NCBI GenBank assembly: GCA_013239625.1
Contig: MU053652.1
Location: forward strand, 4,081,902-4,145,901
DNA length: 64,000 bases
Direction of reading: 5' to 3'
From: Lama guanicoe
Lineage: Eukaryota
Shown: piece by piece, positions 40,648-53,044 of the stretch
Layout: each line of letters opens with the position of its first letter
Numbering within the stretch: the first letter of the stretch is position 1
Made by a program: the position numbers and the translations under genes
The notes under the pieces: model-generated
Seen by the model: only the letters and a program-made list of their open reading frames with translations
Database searches by the model: none
Told to the model about the DNA's origin: nothing

Positions 40648-42144
40648 ACCAAAAAAAGTTTTATTTTATTGTATAATCCAGTGATAACGGTGACAGTTAC
40701 TTCTTAATGGACACAAGAGCTTGAACCAATAGCAATTTGGAAAATGATGACTTTAGTCAATCAGAATTTTTAAATCGTAAATAGTTTATTAAGTAAATTA
40801 GTCCTAATTCAATCGATGGAATGGCAGGTATCAAAGATATTACTGCAAATGTGCCTCTTACAAGAGTTCATCTCTTTGGTTTAGTTCTTATAAGCCCTCA
40901 CGTTGTTTCTCTCCAGTTATCATCCAAGCAACCTTTTATAAGAACTCTCCAAATCTCCTCTAGGAATTTTAGGGGAAGCTATATAAAGGTACAGTATTTT
41001 GTCCCTGCAACTCTACCTAGGCACCTTCCACATGTTTCAGGAAAACAGTAAAACAAAACAAAAAAGCAAGTGTCCTCATGAAATGTCAAGTGATTTGTGG
41101 CCAGTAGGTGGAGATAGTCTCTAACCAAACTAGAGAAGCAAAATTTGATTTCAAGTTGTAGTAAAAATTTAAACCGTCTTCAGATCCTTAATTTGAAATA
41201 TTCAGTTAACTAGATAGGACAAAGTGATTTTTTTCCTAGTTCAGCAGTAAAACCAGGCTACCCTATATTTCTTAAATCAGATTCCACTAAGGGATCAGAA
41301 ACTGACAGGCTGGTTGTTGAAAACTCCATTCCCTATAGAATATGAACCTACTTCATTGGCTGGAATCAAAGTTTTTTCCTCTTGCTAATAAAAAAGGAGT
41401 ATTTTCCAATCATTTATTCTCAATGAGGTTTAGCATCTTTCCTCTCAAATCAAGCCCTAGGCCTTCTTTTGCACTACCCTCAAGCTACTTGTTTATATAA
41501 ACTGGGAATAACTGACTATTCAGCTTTTTGATAACAGATCCAAATCACCTTATCAAACACTACCTTCACTAACAACAAAAATCCTTCCCAAAGATTTTTC
41601 TCATTTTATAAAGAAGAAAAAAAGTTTCTTTTATATTCTGCAAATCACAGGAACATAATTGCAGTTCTAATTACTGGGCCACTAGGCCAGAGCTAAAAGG
41701 CAATTTTTCTAGCATTAGGCAGGAGGAAGGAAGATGTTTCTATCAGGCCTTAGGCAAAAGCATTCTAAACCCAATCGCTCAGTACCCTGGAGCTGTTCAA
41801 TAGCTTTCCAAAGCTCCCAACAGGAGTTCTCTTTGGGATTGGTCTGTCCTATACTTTTTTTCTCTCCCTCTGATTTCAATAGCATGTACACATCAGCCAG
41901 GTTTTAAGAAAAAGCTTATTTCAAAGTAAAGCATATAAATGCAAAGGACTCACAGGCAACCCCTGCCACCATCACTACCCATGGGATAGGTGCAGTACAA
42001 AAAATTCCTAACTGGAATAAATAACAGAGATGTCTTCCAGAAGCTCCCTCTCTTTGGAGAAGCCACCTCTCCATAATCATTTCCTGTCGCATTCTCAAAC
42101 ACCCGTCTTATACTTACACATTGTACTAGATACAATACATAGAT

Positions 42145-42179
42145 ACACACGCACACACACACACACACATACACACACA
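42145..42179. repeat. (CA)n microsatellite
   Basis: Imperfect CA run. Confidence 0.95.
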
Positions 42180-44299
42180 GAGTCTTGACAAGTTGGATAC
42201 CTACTTCAGAAAGGTTGACATATCTTATACTAAATCTTAAAAAGAAGAACGTATACTAAAGCCTCCAAAAATGAACTCAACAGGCAAGGTTGTAAGGACT
42301 TTAACTTAGCTAGCTTAATTTAAAATGAAAATACACATTCATTTCTTTTACAACGCTACTTTCAGAAACCATTTCTTTTGAGTATTGTTCTAAACCACCG
42401 GGTATCAGAAGGTTCTGAATTTGTTATTTTACTTTTCAGGTTACATGAATATAGGTATAAACACCTTAAGCTTTTCAGTTAATAAACTCCAGGCATTTAC
42501 TCTCTATCAATTGCATGGATCATCCTAGGAAGCCAAAATATTTAAATCCAGTGAAAGCCAATGTGGCACCAGAAAATAGTTGTATCTTCCTTCCATGGAT
42601 ATTTCTGATCTTTTGATAAAGTAATTGGAAGAAAGTCTGTGGTTGATGGTATATTAAGGGGTCCAGTGGTTCTTCACTGGCTCTTTTATGTAGCCTCTCC
42701 TCTACTCCTCCTATTATTTCTTTGATTACTTTCAACCAAATATCTGTTTTGAGTAATCCTAAATGATTCCCCCAAGATGAGACTTTCAAAACCACATTTC
42801 CAAGACTCCAATGAGTTTCTTTAAGTAATACTATCCTAGGAAGTAAAGATGGGAGCAGCAGAGCCCGAGGCTGGCATCAGGTACTAAGATTCCAGGGTCT
42901 AAAAACAGCTATATATTTATCCAAAATACATTTAGTGAATAAAGGCAACAGTATGAATGCAGAGAACCTTTAGAAAAACTGACTAATCCAGTTTTATCCC
43001 AACATTTGCCAAATTACGTAAACCAATGGCTTTAACTCCGTATATATTCATACAAAACCCCAGCAATGCCAGCAACTATTGGGGGAATAAAGGACTGAGC
43101 AAGATCTTCCTGGTTAGAGACAATTAGAGTTCTAACAGGGTATGCATGAACCTTCTAGGGATGCCTATGGTTACAGAAACTCACTTGAATTAGTTTGTCT
43201 GGCCATTCACTGTCTTTACCTTAAGACAATAACTAGGCATAATCCTATAATTATTTCTACTAAATATTTATACACATATTTATTGTGTGCCTACTATGTG
43301 TTGAGTGTTGTGTTTCAATTTTCTTCTCTATGTAATGGAAAAGTTCATGAGCTAGCACACTAACCAAGGTCTAGAGAAACATCAAATAATGCCTAGATGG
43401 GGACTCAATTCGACAGTCCATACAATTCGTCCACATATTGCTTATTTTTCTACTTTCAGAATCTAGGCTTCTCTTCAAGATGCTACTGAGGACCATTCCC
43501 TGAGTTTAAACTAGTTGCAGCTTACTGTTCTCAAACCTAGAGACATAGGCTGACTCATAAGTAACATTTTTAAAGCTGCTGCTCTGCAGTTGACATCCCT
43601 CATAAAACCTTAATCACAATAAATTTAGTTAAATCCTTTAAAACCAGATTGCTCTAGCTTCACAGAACAAGTCGGGCTGCTCAGCTTCAATTCCCTGGAG
43701 AGGAGGGAGAGGCTCTACTCTATTATGAAACCAGCTTCCCTAATCAAATTCCCTTTCAGAGAAAGAGGTCAAGGAGAATAACTGCTGTGCTATTTTCAAT
43801 TCTTCCTTCTAAGAAATGAATGTGATTGACAGATGCTATTTCTTTGAGTTCCCGTGGCCTATTGCCAAGATCAACTAATTGTTCCTTAATTAAAAGAATG
43901 ACACCAATTCACCAAGCTACATGACTCTCCATAGTCAAAATACATAATACTTTACATTTGTAAAATTTTATAATTTTTGAAGTTTACACACACATATTTT
44001 TTCTCTCTCTCAACACCCCACTGGGAAGGAAGAAGAGATATTATCCTCATTTTAAACACTGGGAAAATGCAACAAAGGCCATGTATCATTTGCCCAGTGT
44101 TAGGTGATGGATCCAAATGTTGGATCTAATATGCTACTCTCTTATAGCCCTGCAATTTCTTCACATTACATACCTTTGCAATCTCTTTAGTATGCCTACT
44201 AATTCTATTATCTGCCCCAACTTACTGAAACATTTACTAAGAGAAGACAGCATGTTCAATCATGTTAGTATAGCAGATATAGATACACGGGGTGCAACA

Positions 44300-44480
44300 A
44301 AAGAGTGGTTTTGGAGACTAAGATGAGTTCAGATGACAGTCTAGACATTTAAGCTATATGACTTAATGGTAAATTGAGAACTAGCCTTAATTTCTTTATC
44401 TGTAAAACTAGTATACCATCTATCTCACAGAACTCTAAGTAAAATGCCTGATACACAAAACGTATTCAAATGTTAATTCC
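44300..44480 (+). mobile_element. MIR SINE
   Basis: tttctttatctgtaaaactag...ctatctcacag. Confidence 0.55.
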
Positions 44481-45612
44481 CTTCCCTGGAACAGTTCTAA
44501 ACAGATCACCAGCCCTTGAGACAGTCTAACTCATCTGATTTCAGCGACCCCTAAAAATTAAGGGATGAGGATTAGGGAAATTGGAACATTAATATTTTCC
44601 TGGCACTTCCCTCAGACATGTGGGCTTTTTTGGCTGTCAGTCTAATGAGCAGCTTTTAGAGATGCAAACAAATTAAGAAAAAAATAGGAAAGAGTAAAAT
44701 GTGTCCAAATAAATAACATTTATCATGGGCACACAGAGTAATTGTTCTACCAACTGAACATGTATTTGAATGGCAGCTAGAATACACCATTCGGCCTCCC
44801 AGTAAAGAAGAGCTGAATTAATGTTACTTTTCCTACAAAATAACTGGTTAGATCCATACAAAAAGAAATAATACAACATTAATACAAATAATCCTTCTCC
44901 ACTATTAACAAAAAAGCCAAATGGGATAAAGCATTTTTCACAACCAATAAATGAGTAATCATGTTGACTGTGAAATGAGTTTCTAAAAGTGAGTTAACAG
45001 TATTTCAAATGAATAGTTTAGAACAAATCACATCTGAGTCATATTCTCAATACCGTATATAAATTCATAGTAAGCCACCTCATTCCTGGGATTTATTATA
45101 TTTCAATAGATAGTTGAAAGACAGTTGCTATAAATATTTGAATGACTTCAAAATGTGAAACCCCTGACTTTAAGAACTCACATTTGTTGTTGCAGTTTTA
45201 ATTGTTTCTGTTTGAAAAATGCTGAGGGTGAGTTGGGCTCCCACAAATAAATTTTATTCTGTGGTCATAATCAATCTGTGGTTTCTACTAGAACATTTTC
45301 AAGGCCATATTCAAACACTGATATTAGTTGAAGGGGCATACATATATTGGTATGCAACTTTTATGTGCTGCAAGAGTGTTTTTTTAATCTCCCAGTCATG
45401 GGAAATCAGTAACACATTACTTGTTAAAATTAATTTAGCATAATTATTTCTTGGTTTCCTTTTCTAAAACTTCCTTTTCCTGAGTCATTAAAACTGAGCT
45501 TCCAAAAACTAAAGTTTCAAAGATAGAAAGAAAAAAAATACTACTAGATGTCTCTGCTATATCAATTTGAAGAAAGGCTGTTAAGTAATATGCTTTAAGA
45601 GTAATGTTTCTC

Positions 45613-46659
45613 TGATACATTAGATCAGATGGACTTAGCAGACATACACAGGACATTGTATCCACAAGCAGCAGAATACACATTCTTTTCTAATGCACAT
45701 GAAACACTCTCCAGGATAGATCACATGCTAGGCCACAAAACAAGTCTCAGTAAATTTAAGACTAAAATCATATCAAGCATGTTTTCTAGCCATAACACTG
45801 TAAGACTAGAAATCAACTACAAGGGGAAAAAACTGCAAAAAACAGAGGTAAGTGGAGACTAAACAATATGCTACTGAACAACCAATGGGTCACTGAAGAA
45901 ATTTTTTTAAAAATACCTCGAGGCAAATGAAAATGAAAGCACAACAATCCAAGATCTATAAGACACAGCAAAAGAAATTCTAAGAGAGAAGCTTATAGTG
46001 ATACAAGCTGAAGAAACAAGAAAAATCCCAAATAAACAACCTAATCTTCCACCTAAAAGAACTAGTGGGGAAAAAAGAATAAACAAAACCCAAAGTTAGT
46101 AGAAGGAAAGAAATAAAAAAGATTAGAACAGGAATAAATAGAGACTAAAAACAATAGAAAAGATCAGTGAAACTAAGAGCTGGTTCTTTGAGAAGATAAA
46201 CAAATTGATAAACCTTTATAGTTAGATGCATCAAAAAAAAAAGAGACAGGGCTGAAGTAAATAAAAGCAGAAATGAAAAAGGAGAAGTTAAAACAGACAC
46301 CACAGAAATACAAAGGATCATAAGAGAGTACTATAAACAATTATACACCAACAAAATGAACAACCCAGAAAAAATGGACAAATTCCTAGAAATGTACAAT
46401 CTCCCAAGACTGAATCAGGAAGGAATAGAAAATGTGAACAGACTAATTATCAGTATGAAATTGAATCAGCAATTTAAAAAACTCCCAACAAACAAAAGTC
46501 AAAGACTAGACAGCTTCACTGGTAAATTCTACTAAACATTTAGAGAAGAGTTAACACTAATCTTCTCAAATTCTGCCCAAAAATTATAGAGGAAGAAATG
46601 CTTCTAAACTTATTCTATGAGGCCAACATCACCCTGATACCAAAACCAAACAAAGACAT

Positions 46660-46708
<49 letters not shown>

Positions 46709-46816
46709 TTATAAGCCAGTGTCACTGACGAACATAGATATAAAAATTGTCAGCAAAATATTAGCAAGCCAAATTCAACAATACATTAAGAGAATCATAC
46801 ACCATTAAAAAAAAAA
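45613..46816 (+). mobile_element. L1 ORF2 fragment (endonuclease C-terminal part onward), decayed, with (GA)n at ~46662-46705
   Basis: ORF 45629-45862 (DLADIHRTLYP..EYTFFS.AHET.SRIDHMLGHK) is the L1 ORF2 endonuclease signature. Confidence 0.92.
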
Positions 46817-47456
46817 GGTTCTGTTTCTCAATCTAGAAGTCTAGTTGTAAAACTGGGTCCCAAATAACTTACTCCTAATAATACTTAATATTTTTAAATA
46901 AATAAACTAAATTAGATTCAAAGTTCTCCCCATTAATGCCACTTTCATTCTCATATTACATTCAATTTTATTGAGTGGGAGAAGAAGGACTGACATATGG
47001 CTAGTCAGCAAGGAATTTTGCACAACCAGCAGGCTCTATTATATATGTTACAGCCTTAGCTGTGACAATTACTGATTATTATAATGCTTGTGGGTTATTT
47101 TCTCTTTCTCAGACATAAATTCACAATAATGATGGGAGCAAAGAGAAATGAAGAAAGTAGGACAATCGCCTCTCCAGGGCTCAAGTAGGATGCTATGAAC
47201 ATGTTAGTAACTACACAAAACAAGTTATAATCACCTAATCAAAGGGAAAGTGATGGCAAACAAATTACGTCACAAGTACTGTTCCTACTAAAAATGTTTG
47301 AGATTTTCAAATTCTATGAATGTATTTTTTTTACAATAAGAAGAACTTGTTCATATTCATACTTATTTGCTTTAATGTCACCTACGAAATGATGACCTAG
47401 GGAAAAAATTAAGATTCACTTTTCTGGGAAATAGTTTCATTAAAAAAAAAAAACTG

Positions 47457-47806
47457 ATGAGATCGCTCATATGTGGAATCAAAAAAACAAAAACAAAAAC
47501 AAACAAACAAACAAAAACAAAGCATAAATACAGGACAGAAATAGATTCATGGACAGAGAACAGAGAATATTGGTTACCAGGGGGGTAGAGGGTGGGAAGG
47601 GATAGACTGGGATTTCAAAATTGTAGAATAGATAAACAAGATTACACTGTATAGCACAGGGAAATATACACAAAGTGTTATGATAAATCACAGAGAAAAA
47701 AATGTGACAATGAGTGTGTATATGTCCATGAATGACTGAAAAATTGTGCTGAACACTGGAATTTGACACAATATTGTAAAATGATTATAAATCAATAAAA
47801 AATGTT
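47457..47806 (+). mobile_element. Young 5'-truncated L1 3' UTR
   Basis: ctcatatgtggaatc...gggggtagagggtgggaaggg...aataaaaaatgttaaaa; flanked by aaaaaaaaactg on both sides. Confidence 0.88.
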
Positions 47807-47929
47807 AAAAAAAAACTGGCTTAGTCAAATAATTACTTATCATTCTAAAATGACAGATTTTGTGACACGGTGAATAATTTTCTCACGTGAGTATAAAATT
47901 CTTTAGTGAACACGATATCATACTGCAAG

Positions 47930-48200
47930 AGTCTGTGGTTAAGTCACTAAAGGTAATTTAACAGAACAGGCTGTGGAGAAAATCCATGATTTGAATCCTG
48001 GCTTTAACATTCACTAGTTTTGTAACCTGGGGCAAGTTACTTAATCTATGGTTTCAATTACTTAATCTATAAAATGGGAGGATGCTAATAATCTTACCTA
48101 TTTAATAAGGTTGTGGTTAGAATAAATTATACATACATATTTCATGTGAAAGTGCTCAGAACAGTGCCTAGCATATGGTAGGTACTTAGTTTTGCATTAC
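47930..48200 (+). mobile_element. MIR SINE
   Basis: tgtaacctggggcaagttacttaatct...aaagtgctcagaacagtgcctagcatatggtagg. Confidence 0.8.
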
Positions 48201-48769
48201 TTCCCTGAGTTTTTTTTTGGGTTTTGTAAAACAAATGGATAAATGCATGGGGAATGTGTGCTTGATAATGTAAATGTTCTTTGCCATTTACTTTAAGGAA
48301 GAAAAGAACAAGTAGGGGATGAGGGGGAAGATGTTTTTAAATGTAATATATCTTATAGCAAGAGAAGTAAAAGCAAAGGTTCTGATTTACTCCTTTGAAC
48401 AAAAATACAATGAAAAGACTCACTGGAAATAATGGAGTAAAGAACTCCACGTTGGATAACAAATAACAATTAAATAACATTTACTTTTTAAAAAATACAT
48501 ATTTCTTTCATGTTCACTCAGAATATTTTTCACCATTTCATCATCTTGTGTTAGATCAAGCAGGGAAAGCCATACTTGACACTGCTCATCTGTCATGTCT
48601 CTAAAATGAACTCATGTTTTAAAATGCTGCTCAGAACATTCATTCATTCATTCAACAAGTATTTACTGAAAGTCATGCACTAGGCACCAGGGACACAAAG
48701 ATGACTAAGACCTGTCCTTCTCTTCAAGCTTAGTCTATCAGAAGAAATGAATATGTAAAATTACTAGGA

Positions 48770-49800
48770 AAGGAATAATGTATAATAATAATAGCAATGG
48801 ATAAAAAAAATATTTTAAAATATTTAAATCTAGACATTCATAATGACACCAAAAATAAAACAAAACAAAAAATCCTAACTGGTCACTACTGGAGAATACT
48901 AGTGAACCAATTCATTATTTTCAAAATTGATAATTAAAGGAAAGAATCAGGCATTCATTCTGACTTTCTTACATGAACTATACTGCTGGGTAATCAAATA
49001 TAGGTAAAGGAAAGTTTCTCTTTATAGAAGTAGTCCATCTAAGGGGGGAGAGTTTAGCTCAAGTGGTAGAGTACATGCTTAGCATGCAGAAGTCCTGGGT
49101 TCAATTCCCAGTACCTCCTCTAAATATAAATAAATAAACCTAATTATCTCCCTCCTCCCAAAAAAGAGAAGTACTCCACCTAATAAATTAAGAATGATAG
49201 ATTGGAATATCACTGCCATTTTGCAGCTCTTAATGATTTAATGAATCTAAGCAAAGGTCATCAGATAGCAATTGACATCAGAAAGAGACAGTACCTCCTG
49301 CCGGAAATATTTACCACTCATGAAGAAGTCTGAGCAAATTCCAAATTTAAGTAGCAATTTGCAGGAAATGCAGAGGAGAAAGGAACATGCTAAAAGATAC
49401 CACAGAGATGTGATCAGCAAAATTCAGACTCAAGGAAACTCTACAGACAAACTCAGTTTCTACAACAAAAAATTACAAAAGAAAAAAGAGAGAAAGAGAT
49501 GGACAGTCTAACTGCATTGTACAAATTTATTGCATCCCAATTCAAACACAGTGAAAAAAATATATGTATGTATGACACAATCAGGGAAATGCAAACACTT
49601 GGTTTTGATGCTATTAAAGAATTATTGTTAATTTTTAAGTGTGATAATAGAATTATGATTATTTACTTAAAGCTCTTACCTTTCAGAGGTATATATGGAT
49701 GTTTGTAGGTGAAATTATAAAATGTCTGGAATTTGCATTCAATAATCTAGAGGGGAGAGTGGAGTGGGTCTGAGTAGTACAAGGGGGTGATGGGGTACAG
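48770..49800 (+). mobile_element. Old L1 3' region (L1MC4-like), interrupted by a SINE
   Basis: gatcagcaaaattcagact, gatgctattaaagaattattgttaatttttaagtgtgataat. Confidence 0.6.
49043..49166 (+). mobile_element. tRNA-derived SINE (camelid Vic-1-like)
   Basis: A box tagctcaagtgg, B box gggttcaattccc, tail aaataaataaacctaattatctccc; 17-bp TSD with 2 mismatches at 49026-49042 and 49167-49183. Confidence 0.88.
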
Positions 49801-50349
49801 TTTGACATTGTTTACTACAAAGAATATTGAAAAGAAACAGTAAGGATCAAAATAATGAGGGAGACAGACAGACAGACAGACAAAGACAAAGACACTGTAT
49901 GTAAAGCACCTAGCCTGTACATCACAAGTACTATATATAATTATTATAACCTTAAGGATTGGATTAGATGACCTCTCCGGTACTTTTCAATCCTGAAAGT
50001 CTAAAATCCTAGATTAGATTATTCTTAAAGGTCATTTTTATCTCTAAAATTGTTTGATTCTCCACACCCCACAACCCCCCAGTCTGGCTCAGTTTTCTTC
50101 TCCCACTAGTTAACAATAGCACACAAAAACACTGAACAACAACTACTTTTAAAAAGCACATGAACTGGGATTGACTCCCAGTTCAGTGCTTGGACGTTTC
50201 GGCTATACCACCCACTTCAATTCTGGAATCTGGATGTTATACTTCAATTAATAGGTTAAACAGTCAGTACTGATTAAACACATGGAAAACTTTGCTTTAT
50301 CCAACAGTGATAACTTCTGTGTTTCTTTTTTCCCCACATGTAAACACTT

Positions 50350-50886
50350 GGGAAACAGTAGGCCAGAACTCCCCGGAGGTGCCTTTCAGCAAGTACCTGT
50401 AATCAAAAATATTTTCGTGATAATACTAAGACGATACTTCCCTTTTTTACTCTTGTCATCTCAAGTGTACAGTGGAGTTTTCCAGAGGATACATGATGTG
50501 TGGAAATGCATCAGATCAAATGCAAAAGCAGATATGAAATTCAAGCTGTTTTTAATGAAGCCAGATATCAAAGAGATTTGTAGAAATATAAAACAAAGCA
50601 TTTCTTCCCACTAAATATTTTTTTTTGTTTTGGAAAATACATTCTTCACGGAAATGTTATTTATGTTAACATGTAATAGGCTGATTTTTTTTTAATTTCT
50701 GTTTTAAATAAATAGTAACAATGTATTTATTACTGTTATCTTAAATAAACAAATTTAAATTCTCAGCTTTAATTCCTAATATAGTAAATAGTGATAGATG
50801 TAACCCTCTTATGCAAAAGCTCTTTGGGATCCCCAAATTTCAGGAGTATAAAGGGGTCCTGAAACCAAAAAATTTGAGAACTGCTG
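50350..50886 (+). mobile_element. hAT-Charlie (Charlie1-derived) non-autonomous element
   Basis: taatactaagacgatacttccc...gtacagtggagttttccagagg; ends aaaatttgagaactgctg. Confidence 0.7.
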
Positions 50887-51477
50887 CTCTAGAACACACA
50901 CAACTCTGATTGTGTCTGTCACTATAACACCTCACATTACCATCACATTTTATGTTGTGTAGCTTCAATTCTTTCATTTGCGCACCCTACAAAGGACACT
51001 GCTTTAAAACTAGTTGATTTGATATATTTAAAATTTAAAATTTATTGGGGGTGGGGGGGGCTACTCTGGTCTAAAAGAGAGAGAATTACTGCTCAATTAT
51101 AAAAAGATATGAAGAATTTTGATCACATGGATTCTACAAGGCCAGAAAGAACATTTCCCATTGGAGGGAGATTGGCTCTTAGTCCAAAGACCTAACTTCT
51201 TTCTTTTGTTATCTTTTTTCCTTTTCATTAAGACTTGCCAAAGCTAGAGTTCTCATTCCCAGTTCCCTGACACCATGGGAAGACTTTGGCAAAATAATCC
51301 TTCCTGGTCAGGGTAAGAAAGCTGGTCATCTCAGGACACAGATCTGTTCAACTTCTTGCCTTGTGGAGTCTCCATTAGGAATCTCTATGCACTGATCTCT
51401 TCCCAATTCTTCTAACAAAAACGTGAAGTTTAATTCAGTTCAAGAAATTTGGGTGAGCTCTTGAAGGAATGACTAAA

Positions 51478-51690
51478 GGAGACCACAAATGGGAGAGAAA
51501 GAAAAGAATGCAGCCTTAAATATAGCTGATGCTGGCTGTAAATTCATACATACATTACATACAATACACACATCAGAAAGGTTATATACATAAATTATCA
51601 GGGAGGCCACAGATGAGAAAGAAAAGACTGCAGCCCTGAAACAGGTAATGCTGGCTATAAATACATACTTACAAACATACAAATAAATGC
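51478..51690. repeat. Diverged ~90-bp direct repeat, period ~124 bp
   Basis: ggagaccacaaatg..gagaaagaaaagaatgcagcc..atgctggctgtaaat versus ggaggccacagatgagaaagaaaagactgcagcc..atgctggctataaat. Confidence 0.85.
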
Positions 51691-53044
51691 AAACACCTGG
51701 AGTTGGTTGCCCCATCCTCACTAACCCTTGAGCAGCACTGAATCCTTCTAAATCATGTCTTCTCATCTTTTATACTCCAGGGCATTTTAATTGGATTTCA
51801 CCTTTATAAAAATATTGTGGACAAAATCTGAAATTCGTCCACTTTCCTACAGCTATAATTCTACAAACTGATACAATAAAAACTAGTACTACTCCAGTTA
51901 GCCGAAAATAAATTTTGAGTAACAAAAGATCTAAATTTTCTATTTCTTGATATATTTTCCTGCTATGAAAAATTTTTCTTTTAAAAAAAGTTTTCATTCC
52001 CACTCCTTTTCAATTAATCAACAACTGCATATTGAACACAGAGGAAAAAGTGAGCAAGAGTGAAAGTGATAAGCTAGAATCCTGCAAGAGAATTCCTCAT
52101 CCTCATAAAGGTGAGAATCTCATTGCTGCTGAATTATCCCCCAAATAGCTATTTCATGCCTCTTCTATTCCACCTACAGGCTTAATTTCCCTATTCCTCA
52201 CTTTTGTCAGATAACCTTACTTCCTCTATGAGAAGACTGGCAAGCACTCTCATCTTAACTTCAGACTCTACTATAGATCAACCCCAACCCCATATCTTTC
52301 TTTCCTTTTTTACTTCCACCAACAGAATTCATATTCTTATCAATTCTCTTAAACTACTCAGCTAGAGCACAGTCTTCCCCAGGAAATCTTGAAAATAAAT
52401 TATTTATAATAGTATTCAAATTAAATAATTCATTAACTAGCTAAGAGGACAGTGTTTCTATTTTTGATTAAATGACTCCATTGTAGAAAGGTTTAAAGAT
52501 ATTTAAATGATTTTAGTATTTGGATCTCCATTTTGTTTTTTAAAGCTTCAGGATGTAAAATGTTTCTTTATTCTATTCCTGGGTGGTTTCTTCTCTGAGG
52601 TCACAAGATCAAATCAGACCAGATTAGTAGACTGGTTTTAAAGTAAAAAATGACCACCTGATGATATTTGGAACCTTATATGAAACAAGATAGTGATACT
52701 GAGTTCAGGTCTCAGGGCTTGTAGTATAAAAAGTATTGCTCTATTCATACAGTCATAGAACATAATAAACCTCTTTGTTTTAAAGATAATCACTGAACTC
52801 TAATAGAACCAAGGCAAAACAAATTGCCTTTAAAACACCTGAAATAAATGTCAAAAAAACTCTACAAACAGACAAAAAACCACCTGAAATATAAAACTGT
52901 AGTCTCTCAGAATGTTCAAGAAAAAAGTGAAGTTTAACTCAAGTCTGGAAAATTCTAATCACTACCTTATCTTTGACAAATATACCTGTTTGGTTTATGT
53001 ATTTATCACAAAACATTTTAAGCACATTAAAAAGTATAGAAAAT

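Noticed and set aside
41954..42107. Possible minus exon ending at gtgagt
   Set aside because: Acceptor is purine-rich (gtaagtataag); no supporting homology.
42520..42795. 91-aa minus ORF with protein-like composition
   Set aside because: Non-ATG start, no recognised homology; length expected by chance. A BLASTP hit would be needed.
45629..45862. ORF with endonuclease-like motifs
   Set aside because: Decayed L1 ORF2 remnant, frameshifted; not a host gene.
47882..47898. CTCACGTGAG E-box palindrome abutting TATAAAA
   Set aside because: Isolated short motifs between an L1 and a MIR with no other promoter features.
49043..49115. tRNA-like sequence (also ~11175-11247 on minus)
   Set aside because: Followed by a SINE tail and flanked by TSDs; SINE head rather than a tRNA gene.
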